Positions 55,172 to 64,000 of a stretch of DNA of 64,000 bases are shown one piece after another. The notes under the pieces are model-generated. The model did not search any database, was not told the DNA's origin, and saw only the letters and a program-made list of their open reading frames with translations. This stretch comes from an uncultured cyanobacterium (GTDB taxonomy: Bacteria > Cyanobacteriota > Cyanobacteriia > Cyanobacteriales > Nostocaceae): the NCBI GenBank assembly GCA_963740315.1, contig CAVUDP010000002.1, positions 1,184,001 to 1,248,000 of the forward strand. Reading direction: 5' to 3'. Both the position numbers and the translations under genes were made by a program. Position 1 is the first letter of the stretch. The number at the start of each line of letters is the position of its first letter.

Positions 55172-56347
55172 TTAATATGGTTGGATAAAGCCTTTGAGCG
55201 ATCGGGATATTTCTGTTTCTTTTAATCCTTTGGCTTGAACTAAAACGTGGAAACCACCAAGCCCTAATGGATCTAAAAGTTGATGCAGTGAATCGCGGCG
55301 TTGCAATATACTAGATAAAGGTTGTTTTGATTGGGATAAAGTCGCTACACGTTCCCCTAATCCTAAAGCCATCAAAAATAATCCTTGCTGGGTTAAACCA
55401 ACTTTGTGCAAACCGAGGCGATCGCCATTTTTTTCTAAGGCTGTAAAATCAACATGAGCGGTAATATCTTGTTGTCCAATGTTAATATACGGGTCGTTAT
55501 GGCGATGATGTTGAGTGTAGCACTGTAGGGTTCCGCGATCGCGTCTGGGATTATAGTAACGGTTTTGAGTATAGCCATAATCAATTGTTAGCACATACCC
55601 GCGCTGCAAACGGTTTGCTACTACACCTAACCACTCTAAAGCCGCTAAATTAATTTCGCTACGATATCCGGAGGGGTATTCATTAATGTCTATTTCTAAC
55701 AGGTTTAAATGATCGACAAGTTCCTGTGTGGAAGGTTTGTCTGTTATTTCGGTGAATGATGCAGGTTGAAGAGAGGGGGAAGAATTTTCTGCATTCGTAA
55801 CGTAAATTTCCTGCAATTCTCCATTTTCTAAGATGAATTGATGAACGGGAAAAGCGTCTACTAATTCGTTTGAAAAAAAGCATCCCGTGACGGAATTGTT
55901 TGGTATTTCTTCTAATTCACACCAGGTAACAATAAATTCTTTTAAGCGCTGTTGTTGGAGTTGTTTTAATCCAGGTGATTTTTCGACAATAATATATTTT
56001 AAAGCATTTAAAAAATCGGGATATTGTTGTTTAATATAGTTGAGAATATCTGCTGCTAAATGTCCTTGTCCCGCACCCATTTCTATTAAAGAAAATGGTA
56101 CGGGTTGATCTAATATTTCCCACATTTGGAAAAATTGAATTGCTAACATTTCACCAAAGTCAGTGCCGAGATGTACGGAAGTGAAAAAATCGCCTTCTTT
56201 GCCTAAGTTTGTCGCTTTTTGGGAATAGTAACCGTATTCTGGATGATACAGTGCTAAGTCCATATATTCGGCGAAGGTAATGCGATGGTGAGGAGTTGCG
56301 GCGATGCGGTTGGTGATTTCTTGATGTAATTGCGGGTTGTGTTCCAT
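55172..56347 (-). CDS. MidA/NDUFAF7 family SAM-dependent methyltransferase
   Basis: ITFAEYMDLALY..GYY, GDFFTS, EMGAGQG, SNELVDAFP, IDYG, QDITAHVDF. Confidence 0.94.
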   Translation of the reverse strand: MEHNPQLHQEITNRIAATPHHRITFAEYMDLALYHPEYGYYSQKATNLGKEGDFFTSVHLGTDFGEMLAIQFFQMWEILDQPVPFSLIEMGAGQGHLAADILNYIKQQYPDFLNALKYIIVEKSPGLKQLQQQRLKEFIVTWCELEEIPNNSVTGCFFSNELVDAFPVHQFILENGELQEIYVTNAENSSPSLQPASFTEITDKPSTQELVDHLNLLEIDINEYPSGYRSEINLAALEWLGVVANRLQRGYVLTIDYGYTQNRYYNPRRDRGTLQCYTQHHRHNDPYINIGQQDITAHVDFTALEKNGDRLGLHKVGLTQQGLFLMALGLGERVATLSQSKQPLSSILQRRDSLHQLLDPLGLGGFHVLVQAKGLKETEISRSLKGFIQPY

Positions 56348-56398
56348 GTTAGATGGGATTATCTGAATATAAATATTAGTTATTCTTCTGTTTTCTCG

Positions 56399-57025
56399 TT
56401 ATAAGTCTCTGACTTGTAATGCATTTATGGAGTAGGAGCCTCCTGATTCCTTTTCCAGAATGGGTTCCACAGAACTAGATTTAGCCAAATTCAAATTAAA
56501 AAACAAGATTGACTTGATACCGCAGTAAACTACAGCCATTGCTAAAAGTCCCCAAGATATCCAAAAATAACCAATTTTTAACTTCCACAGACTAATTAAA
56601 ATCAATCCAGCTAAATCGGCAATTAAAACTGCTAAACGTTCGCTAATCTTCCAATTTTGAACGATATTTTTGGCTGAAATATTAATTTTTATGTTAGCAA
56701 ATAAGTTAAACCAAATTATACCTAGTAAAATTAAAATCGAACCCCATGCCAACCATATTGATGATAGATAAAATCCTGTCAGTTCTATAATAATTGTAAT
56801 AATTGTAATATTTTTAAAAATATCTAAACGAGCATCTTTAACTAGCTCCTTGGCATCAGCGACTTTTTGTAAATCCTGGTTTGCCATATTAGCTTGTTCT
56901 ATACAAAATAAAAATATTCCCACAGCTAATAATTGATGGGTTAATTCCGCATTGCAAAGCATTTGTCTTAATATCCCCAGACAAGCAGGAAAGAACAATA
57001 AAAAAATTGTCAGAGAAATCGACAT
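56399..57025 (-). CDS. Hypothetical multi-pass membrane protein
   Basis: 208 aa with about six hydrophobic helices. Confidence 0.8.
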   Translation of the reverse strand: MSISLTIFLLFFPACLGILRQMLCNAELTHQLLAVGIFLFCIEQANMANQDLQKVADAKELVKDARLDIFKNITIITIIIELTGFYLSSIWLAWGSILILLGIIWFNLFANIKINISAKNIVQNWKISERLAVLIADLAGLILISLWKLKIGYFWISWGLLAMAVVYCGIKSILFFNLNLAKSSSVEPILEKESGGSYSINALQVRDL

Positions 57026-57827
57026 GGTTCAGGTTAAAGGTTAAAGGTTAAAGGTTAAAGGTAGGAGTTAGGAGTTAGGAGTTAGGAGTACTTCGACAAG
57101 CTCAGTAACCTTATTGAGTTAGAAGTTAGAAGTACTTCGACAAGCTCAGTAACCTTATTGAGTTAGAAGTTAGAAGTTGTAAATTAACATTTCTCCGCAT
57201 CTTTGTAGTGCGTTAACGAAGTCTGTCCGAAGGACATGCGTCTCGCTCGCTATCTTCCCCACTCTTCCCCACTCTTCCGCACTATTCCCCACTCTTCTCG
57301 ACTCTTCCGCACTATTCCCCACTATTCCGCACTATTCCGCACCATCTCCCCACTATTCCCCACTCTTCCCCATCTCCCCACTCTCCCCACTCTTCCCCAT
57401 CCCATTCCCTAAGAGGATGCGCGGGAAAGCTACTAATATAACTCGAAACTTTCCAATCCCCCTAAATCCCCCTTGCCAAGGGGGACTTTAACCCCCCTTT
57501 TATAAGGCGGGAAGGGGGGATAATCCGAGAATTGCAATAAAAAAGATACTTTTCAAACATCCCCTAAAAAAACAAAAAAAGATTTTAAATTTTGAATTTG
57601 TATATACAATGTCTCCCCATCTCCCCACCTCCCCATCTCCCCATCTCCCCATCTCCCCATCTCCCCCTCTCCCCCTCTCCCCATCTCCCCCTCTCCCCAT
57701 CTCCCCATCACCCCCTCTTCCCCCTCCCATTCCCTAAGAAAATAAAAAAAGATTCTAGATTTTGAAATTGTATACACAATCCAAAATCTAAAATCAATGC
57801 ATCCGTTGTTAAAATCCAAAATTGAAT

Positions 57828-59012
57828 TTATCTGTCAACGGAACCCATAATTACGTCGATGCTACCTAATATCACAACAATATCTGCGACTTTCACACCC
57901 TTCAATAATTCGGGTAAAATTTGCAGGTTGTTGAAGTCTGCTGGGCGAATTTTCCAACGCCAAGGAAAGACATTATTATCTCCAACTAAATAAATTCCTA
58001 ATTCACCTTTACCGCTTTCTACGCGGGAATAGATTTCACCATTGGGAATCTTGAAGGTTGGAGCAACTTTTTTGGCAATATATTGATATTCAAAGTCGTT
58101 CCATTTCGACTTCTTACCTTCCTGCATCCGCTTGGCTTCGAGGTTTTCGTAAGGGCCGCCGGGAAGCGCTTTCAGGGCTTGTTTGAGGATTTTGACGGAT
58201 TCGCGCATTTCCCGCAATCTTACCGCATAACGGGCGAGACAGTCTCCAGCGGTTTCCCACTGCACATCCCAGTCGAAATCGTCGTAACATTCGTAATGGT
58301 CAACTTTTCTTAAGTCCCACTTTACCCCAGAAGCGCGTAACATCGGACCGGATAATCCCCAGTTTATGGCTTGTTCGCGAGTAATTACGCCAATTCCTTC
58401 TACACGACGGCGGAAGATCGGGTTTTTGGTCACTAAGCGCTCGTATTCGTCAACTTTGGGTAAAAAGTATTCGCAAAATTCCATACATTTATCTACCCAA
58501 CCGTAGGGTAAATCAACCGCTACACCACCAATGCGGAAGTAGTTGTTGTTTACCATGCGATAACCTGTAGCCGCTTCCCATAAATCGTAAATCATCTCCC
58601 TTTCGCGAAACTGATAGAAGAAGGGAGTTTGTGCGCCTACGTCAGCCATGAATGGACCCCACCACAACAAATGGTTGGCGATGCGGTTCAATTCCAGCAT
58701 GATGACGCGGATGTAGCTGGCACGTTTGGGAACTTCGATATCCGCTAATTTTTCCGGTGCGTTAACGGTAACGGCTTCGTTAAACATTCCTGCTGCGTAA
58801 TCCCACCGACTCACGTAGGGAACGTACATGATATTTGTACGATTTTCGGCGATTTTTTCCATTCCCCGGTGCAGGTAGCCGATAACGGGTTCGCAGTCTA
58901 CTACGTCTTCACCGTCTAGCGTCATGATTAGACGCAAAACCCCGTGCATCGAAGGATGGTGCGGTCCCATGTTCAGCACCATCGGTTCGGTGCGAGTTTC
59001 CATTAATGCCAT
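57828..59012 (-). CDS. ndhH: NAD(P)H-quinone oxidoreductase subunit H
   Basis: [25 protein letters not shown]-terminal DVIMGSVDR. Confidence 0.99.
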   Translation of the reverse strand: MALMETRTEPMVLNMGPHHPSMHGVLRLIMTLDGEDVVDCEPVIGYLHRGMEKIAENRTNIMYVPYVSRWDYAAGMFNEAVTVNAPEKLADIEVPKRASYIRVIMLELNRIANHLLWWGPFMADVGAQTPFFYQFREREMIYDLWEAATGYRMVNNNYFRIGGVAVDLPYGWVDKCMEFCEYFLPKVDEYERLVTKNPIFRRRVEGIGVITREQAINWGLSGPMLRASGVKWDLRKVDHYECYDDFDWDVQWETAGDCLARYAVRLREMRESVKILKQALKALPGGPYENLEAKRMQEGKKSKWNDFEYQYIAKKVAPTFKIPNGEIYSRVESGKGELGIYLVGDNNVFPWRWKIRPADFNNLQILPELLKGVKVADIVVILGSIDVIMGSVDR

Positions 59013-59223
59013 GAATCAGTAATTCTCCCCAATATGTTTTTTTGCGCTCACCCCTAAGTTTAGTTATTTTAATCAAATATTTTCAATCAAATATTTGCTG
59101 ATGCTCGCTGTTTGATTGGGTGAAGATATTTTTAGGAGCATTTCTTTAATTATGAAGGATGAAACGGGGTTAAGTGCATTATTTTGACAAATCAGCAGTA
59201 TTTGAAAAACCTTTCTCTAGAGT

Positions 59224-59607
59224 ATGAAAGACGATCGCACTCAATTGCTTGATGCATGGTCATTTATCGATAATCCACGCATTCAACCGACAAATCAAGG
59301 TACTGTCAACTCGACTTTTTTTGTCGATGCACCACAAGGTAAGTTTGTGCTGAAGCTGTACGACGATACTACAACTACCGCACAAATTAACTACGAGCAT
59401 TCGCTGCTAGCACATTTACAATCTGGTAATTTGTCTTTTAGCGTACCAGCACCGATACCCGATTCTTCAGGGGAAACATTACTCAAAGTCGATCGCAATA
59501 ACCTGGAACTAAGATTTTCTCTACAAAATTATATTTCGGGACAACCTGCAAATCGTCTAATCAATTCGACACCAATGGCATCGCAAGCCCCCTCCAAAAT
59601 TATCTAG
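59224..59607 (+). pseudogene. N-terminal fragment of an APH/type II homoserine kinase-like phosphotransferase
   Basis: GTVNSTF, FVLKLY, YEHSLL.HL, VPAPI, YISG; stops before any HxD catalytic motif. Confidence 0.7.
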
Positions 59608-59643
59608 CCTAACTCTGCTTTCCAAAAAAATCATCAAGCTCTA

Positions 59644-59680
59644 ATATGTACTTGAAAGCATATGTGTTTGGGTGCATAAT
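59644..59680 (+). promoter_or_regulatory. Putative toxin-antitoxin operator: two overlapping imperfect palindromes
   Basis: atatgtacttgaaagcatat and atatgtgtttgggtgcataat immediately before the toxin ATG. Confidence 0.5.
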
Positions 59681-59682
59681 TA

Positions 59683-60051
59683 ATGAGTTGGGTTGTTAAA
59701 TTTCATCAAGATTTTGAACCTGAGTTTGATGCTTTACCAGAAGAAGTACAAAACAAATTACTTGCTCGTGCTAATTTATTGGAAGCTTTCGGTTACGAAT
59801 TGGGACGACCTCATGTCGATACAATTAATGGTTCGCGATATAGCAACATGAAGGAATTGAGGTTTAAAGCAGCAGATGGTGTTTGGCGTGTTTTATTTGC
59901 ATTTGACTCCAGACGCTGTGCAATATTATTAGTTGCAGGTGATAAATCAGGTGGTAGTGAAACTCGTTTTTATAAGCAACTTATCAAAACGGCTGATGAG
60001 AGATTTGAAGCACACTTAGTCCAGATTAAAAATCAACAAGATGAAAAGTAG
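59683..60051 (+). CDS. RelE/ParE superfamily (HigB/Gp49-like) toxin
   Basis: LGRPHVDTINGS.YSNMKELR, WRVLFAFD..R.AILLVAGDKSG. Confidence 0.93.
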   Translation: MSWVVKFHQDFEPEFDALPEEVQNKLLARANLLEAFGYELGRPHVDTINGSRYSNMKELRFKAADGVWRVLFAFDSRRCAILLVAGDKSGGSETRFYKQLIKTADERFEAHLVQIKNQQDEK

Positions 60052-60060
60052 AAATAATTT

Positions 60061-60408
60061 ATGGGAAAAACTTTAAAAGAAAAATTAGAACAGTTGTCAC
60101 CAGAAAGACGGCAAAAAATTGAAGAAGAATCACAAAGTTTGATTGCCGAAGAAATGACTAGACAGCAACTCAGACAAGCTAGAAAGCTGACTCAAAAACA
60201 AATGGCAGACCTTTTACAAGTTGAGCAAGGCAATATTTCTCGTCTTGAACAGCGTACCGATTTGATGCTTTCAACTTTGCGAAAGTACATTGAAGCAATG
60301 GGAGGAGAATTACGACTTGTTGTTGAATTTCCCAACTGCCCATTAGTCACCTTAGTAGGTATTTCCGAAATTGAAGAATCAGATCCAGATGCAAATATCC
60401 ATGATTAA
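60061..60408 (+). CDS. XRE/HTH antitoxin (HigA-like)
   Basis: [36 protein letters not shown]. Confidence 0.93.
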   Translation: MGKTLKEKLEQLSPERRQKIEEESQSLIAEEMTRQQLRQARKLTQKQMADLLQVEQGNISRLEQRTDLMLSTLRKYIEAMGGELRLVVEFPNCPLVTLVGISEIEESDPDANIHD

Positions 60409-61300
60409 CCAATCGCCAACACCATCCGATCTTGAAACACCTGCTTTTTTACATATTCCTGTTTTGGCTGATGAAATAATTACGGGTTTGGGGATACGTA
60501 GCGGCGGGCATTATTTAGATACAACGGTTGGTGGTGGCGGACATTCTCGTTTAATTTTATCAGCTGCACCGGATACTAAAATAACGGCGATCGACCAAGA
60601 TGAAGATGCTTTAACGGCAGCAAAAAATAATTTGGCTGAGTATGGAAGTCGTGTAGAATTTATCCGCAGCAATTTCGCCGCATACGAGTTTCCACTTAAT
60701 AGTTTTGACGGGATTATTGCAGATTTAGGAGTTAGTTCTTATCATTTGGATAATCCGGAGAGGGGTTTTAGTTTTCGTCACGAAGCCTCCCTTGATATGC
60801 GGATGGATAGAAGACAATCTTTAACTGCTGCTGAAGCAATAAATCATTGGGATGAGGTGGAGTTAGCAAATATTTTCTTTAAATATGGTGAGGAAAGATT
60901 ATCGCGACGCATTGCTAGACGCATTGTGGAAAATCGTCCCTTTCATACTACAACTGAGTTAGCCCAAACCATCTCTTATTGCGTTCCTAAAAAATATCGT
61001 TACGGAAGAATTCATCCCGCAACTCGGGTTTTTCAAGCTTTACGAATTGCTGTAAATGATGAACTAAAGACTTTAGAAACTCTTTTAGAAAAAGCACCGA
61101 ATGCACTTGTTGAAAATGGAAAAATTGCCGTTATCAGCTTTCATAGTTTGGAAGACAGAATAGTGAAGCATAGTTTCAAAGATTCACCATCATTAAAAGT
61201 ATTAACAAAAAAGCCGATTACCGCCCAAGAAGAAGAAATTGCCAAAAATCCCCGCGCTCGCTCCGCTAAATTAAGAATAGCGGAATCAATTAGCAGTTAG
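60401..61300 (+). CDS. rsmH: 16S rRNA m4C1402 methyltransferase
   Basis: [61 protein letters not shown]. Confidence 0.98.
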   Translation: MINQSPTPSDLETPAFLHIPVLADEIITGLGIRSGGHYLDTTVGGGGHSRLILSAAPDTKITAIDQDEDALTAAKNNLAEYGSRVEFIRSNFAAYEFPLNSFDGIIADLGVSSYHLDNPERGFSFRHEASLDMRMDRRQSLTAAEAINHWDEVELANIFFKYGEERLSRRIARRIVENRPFHTTTELAQTISYCVPKKYRYGRIHPATRVFQALRIAVNDELKTLETLLEKAPNALVENGKIAVISFHSLEDRIVKHSFKDSPSLKVLTKKPITAQEEEIAKNPRARSAKLRIAESISS

Positions 61301-61387
61301 CAGTAAGGAGGAATATAGCGGTTTTCAATTGGATATACAGATGAACATCACCCCCTTCCCCTCCCCTTATTAAGGAGAGGGGTGTCC

Positions 61388-62197
61388 TTAAGTTTGTAGT
61401 CAGGGATTTATCCCTCGCAAGTGTGCTAAAGCACTTACTACGAACTTGTGCAATAAATAATATTAAGTTTGTAGTCAGGGATTTATCCCTCGCAAATGTG
61501 CTAAAGCACTTACTACGAACTTCTGCAATAAATGATATTAAGTTTGTAGTCAGGGATTTATCCCTCGCAAATGTGCTAAAGCACTTACTACGAACTTGTG
61601 CAATAAATCAACTTAAGTTTGTAGTCAGGGATTTATCCCTCGCAAGTGTGCTAAAGCACTTACTACGAACTTGTGCAATAAATGATATTAAGTTTGTAGT
61701 CAGGGATTTATCCCTCGCAAATGTGCTAAAGCACTTACTACGAACTTCTGCAATAAATGATATTAAGTTTGTAGTCAGGGATTTATCCCTCGCAAATGTG
61801 CTAAAGCACTTACTACGAACTTCTGCAATAAATGATATTAAGTTTGTAGTCAGGGATTTATCCCTCGCAAATGTGCTAAAGCACTTACTACGAACTTCTG
61901 CAATAAATAATATTAAGTTTGTAGTCAGGGATTTATCCCTCGCAAATGTGCTAAAGCACTTACTACGAACTTCTGCAATAAATGATATTAAGTTTGTAGT
62001 CAGGGATTTATCCCTCGCAAATGTGCTAAAGCACTTACTACGAACTTCTGCAATAAATGATATTAAGTTTGTAGTCAGGGATTTATCCCTCGCAAATGTG
62101 CTAAAGCACTTACTACGAACTTCTGCAATAAATAATATTAAGTTTGTAGTCAGGGATTTATCCCTCGCAAATGTGCTAAAGCACTTACTACGAACTT
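61388..62197 (+). repeat. Tandem array of 11 x 75-bp REP family A units
   Basis: agtttgtagtcagggatttatccctcgcaaatgtgctaaagcacttactacgaact starts at 61391 and every 75 bp to 62141; linkers nearly identical. Confidence 0.98.
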
Positions 62198-62299
62198 GTA
62201 CAAATATAATATTATAAATTAATGTTCTTGTTCAAAAGCTTTCTAATCTAAAAAAAATAAATAATATCACTAATTACTGCTACTGCTAACTGTTCAATG

Positions 62300-63631
62300 T
62301 TAACTGATAATTGATTTAACTTCTCTGGGTAACTCTACGCGAAATGTTGAACCTTCACCAAGTAGGCTTTCTACATCGATCGCTCCTCCCATTAAGTTTA
62401 ATAAATCTTTGACTATTGCTAATCCTATTCCCGTTCCTTGGTAAGGACGACTTTTAGTCTGATTTACTTGGCGAAATGCTTGAAAAATGTATTTTAAATC
62501 AAGTTCTGAAATTCCAATGCCTGTATCTTTGACTATTATTATAATTTTATCTTCGTTTAATTCATATAATTCCACAAATACGCTACCATCTTCTGTAAAT
62601 TTAATCGCGTTGGAAATTAAGTTAATTAATAATTGTTGAAGGCGAACTGGATCGTTAAAAACTTTAACGTTTTTAATATTTATACTAATATCTAAACTAA
62701 TTTTTTTCTGGTTCGCAAGAAAACGTAATTCTTCTGTAATTATTTTTGTTAACTCTATTATATTAAAGTATTGCAGATTAAGTTTAAACTCGCCTTCTTC
62801 TAATCTGGCAAAATCCAGCATATTAGTTATCAATGTTAATAGCTGTTTGCCATTTTTGATTATTGTTTCTACTATACTTACGGACTGGGGAGTAAACTGA
62901 TTTTTGTTTAACCGTAAGAGTACATCGGAAAAGCCTAAAACTGCATTTAAAGGTGTACGCAATTCGTGAGATAAAACCGCGACAATTTTCGATTTTAATT
63001 GTGCTGCTTCTCGTAAATGTAGATTTTGGATTTCGATAAAGCGTGCTTTCTCTTCTGCTTGCTTGCGAGCATTAATATTTCGTAATAACCAGCGGATACC
63101 AATAGAATTTCCATTTTTATCGCTGATGATACTGGCGCTGATTTCACAATCAAATGAAATTCCCTGGTTATTTTGCAAACAAATTTCCCAATCTTGAAGC
63201 TGTATTTCTTCACATAAATCGTGGAGTCAATCGCGAAATCTTCTACGTGCTTCAGAGGGAACAAAGCCAATCAAAAGTTTATCACACAGTCTCTCTTTGG
63301 TAACTGCAAATAATTGGGATGCCGCTTGGTTAGCTTCCAGAATTTTTCCATTAATATCTGTTACAAGGTAGCCATCTGGAGCAAAATCGAACAATTCCTG
63401 ATAGCGCTGTCGTTCTTTGTCTACCTGTTGACGAGTCAGTTCTAATTCTTCATTTTGTTGAATTAATTCTTCTTGTGCTACATTAAGTTCTTCCAAGCTG
63501 ATATTTAGTTGTTCGACAGCTTCTGTTAATAATTCTTGTTGATGCTCGGGTACTTTATGAACGGAATTTTGTAATAAATGTGTTTGCTGGCGAACTCCTT
63601 CTATTTTTCTCGCGAATTTATCAAAAGACAT
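62300..63631 (-). pseudogene. Coiled-coil-PAS-histidine kinase interrupted by an in-frame TGA at 63227-63229
   Basis: RYQELFDFAPDGYLVTD PAS start; reads RFRD*LHDLCEEIQLQDWEICLQNNQG in one frame into the SHELRTPLN kinase. Confidence 0.85.
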
Positions 63632-64000
63632 AAAATACCTATATTTTTTAAATTAAATCTAAAAGTTCAAATAATATAAAGTATACAATCTTACTCCAAT
63701 ATAATATCTATCTAAATACTGATTTATTTAAAGGTTAAAGGTTAAAAGTTAAAGGTTAAGGGTATAACTAGTACTACACGGCTTAAATAGCGCACCCCTA
63801 ATTTTAATGGTCAGAAGTCGGGTTTTTAGAATACGTATCTGTAATATACTTACAAATTTTATAAAAACCCGACTTCTCAACTTTAATTATATGGGTACCT
63901 GACTTACGCTCGTCTGTACTAGTCACCGATCGCTCTTCGCTGTATTAATCTCGGTTTCTTCCATTAATAAAATTGCTCCTTCAATTTTTGCTGATGAATT

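Noticed and set aside
61388..62197. CRISPR array
   Set aside because: Linkers are only about 19 bp and nearly identical, the repeat is a dispersed REP, and no cas genes are present
61423..62217. 264-aa repeat protein as a real CDS
   Set aside because: The open frame follows from a stop-free 75-bp unit; GTG start lies inside a repeat with no clear RBS

Overview
AT-rich chromosomal segment of a filamentous cyanobacterium, probably a heterocyst-forming Nostocales (Rivularia/Calothrix-like; inferred from abundant HIP1 GCGATCGC sites, 7-9 bp STRR arrays, ndhH, psb34 and a thiO-thiG fusion). Positions 1-17.3 kb hold a co-oriented surface-protein/signalling cluster: three filamentous-haemagglutinin-like (TpsA) genes, a fourth decayed copy, a TPR-CHAT protease, a DUF928 protein with an expanded 22-aa GGASR repeat, a CHASE2 hybrid kinase and a REC-kinase. 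The rest is mostly housekeeping or conserved cyanobacterial genes (tex, PfkB kinase, ferredoxin, cytochrome c6-like, P450, cysC, tldD/tldE, cruA-like, cimA, thiO-thiG, ndhH, rsmH) among several REP/MITE families. Three things stand out. (1) A 189-bp non-autonomous IS200/IS605-type element sits in frame inside a Uma2 nuclease gene and looks like a stand-alone TnpB omega-RNA cassette whose guide matches the empty Uma2 site. (2) The FHA-CHAT-DUF928-CHASE2 cluster is a candidate proteolytic peptide-signalling system. (3) An 11 x 75-bp tandem array of a palindromic REP follows rsmH. Three single-base frameshifts and one in-frame stop may be assembly errors. No rRNA, tRNA or CRISPR array was recognised. 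All family assignments come from motif recognition, not database searches.
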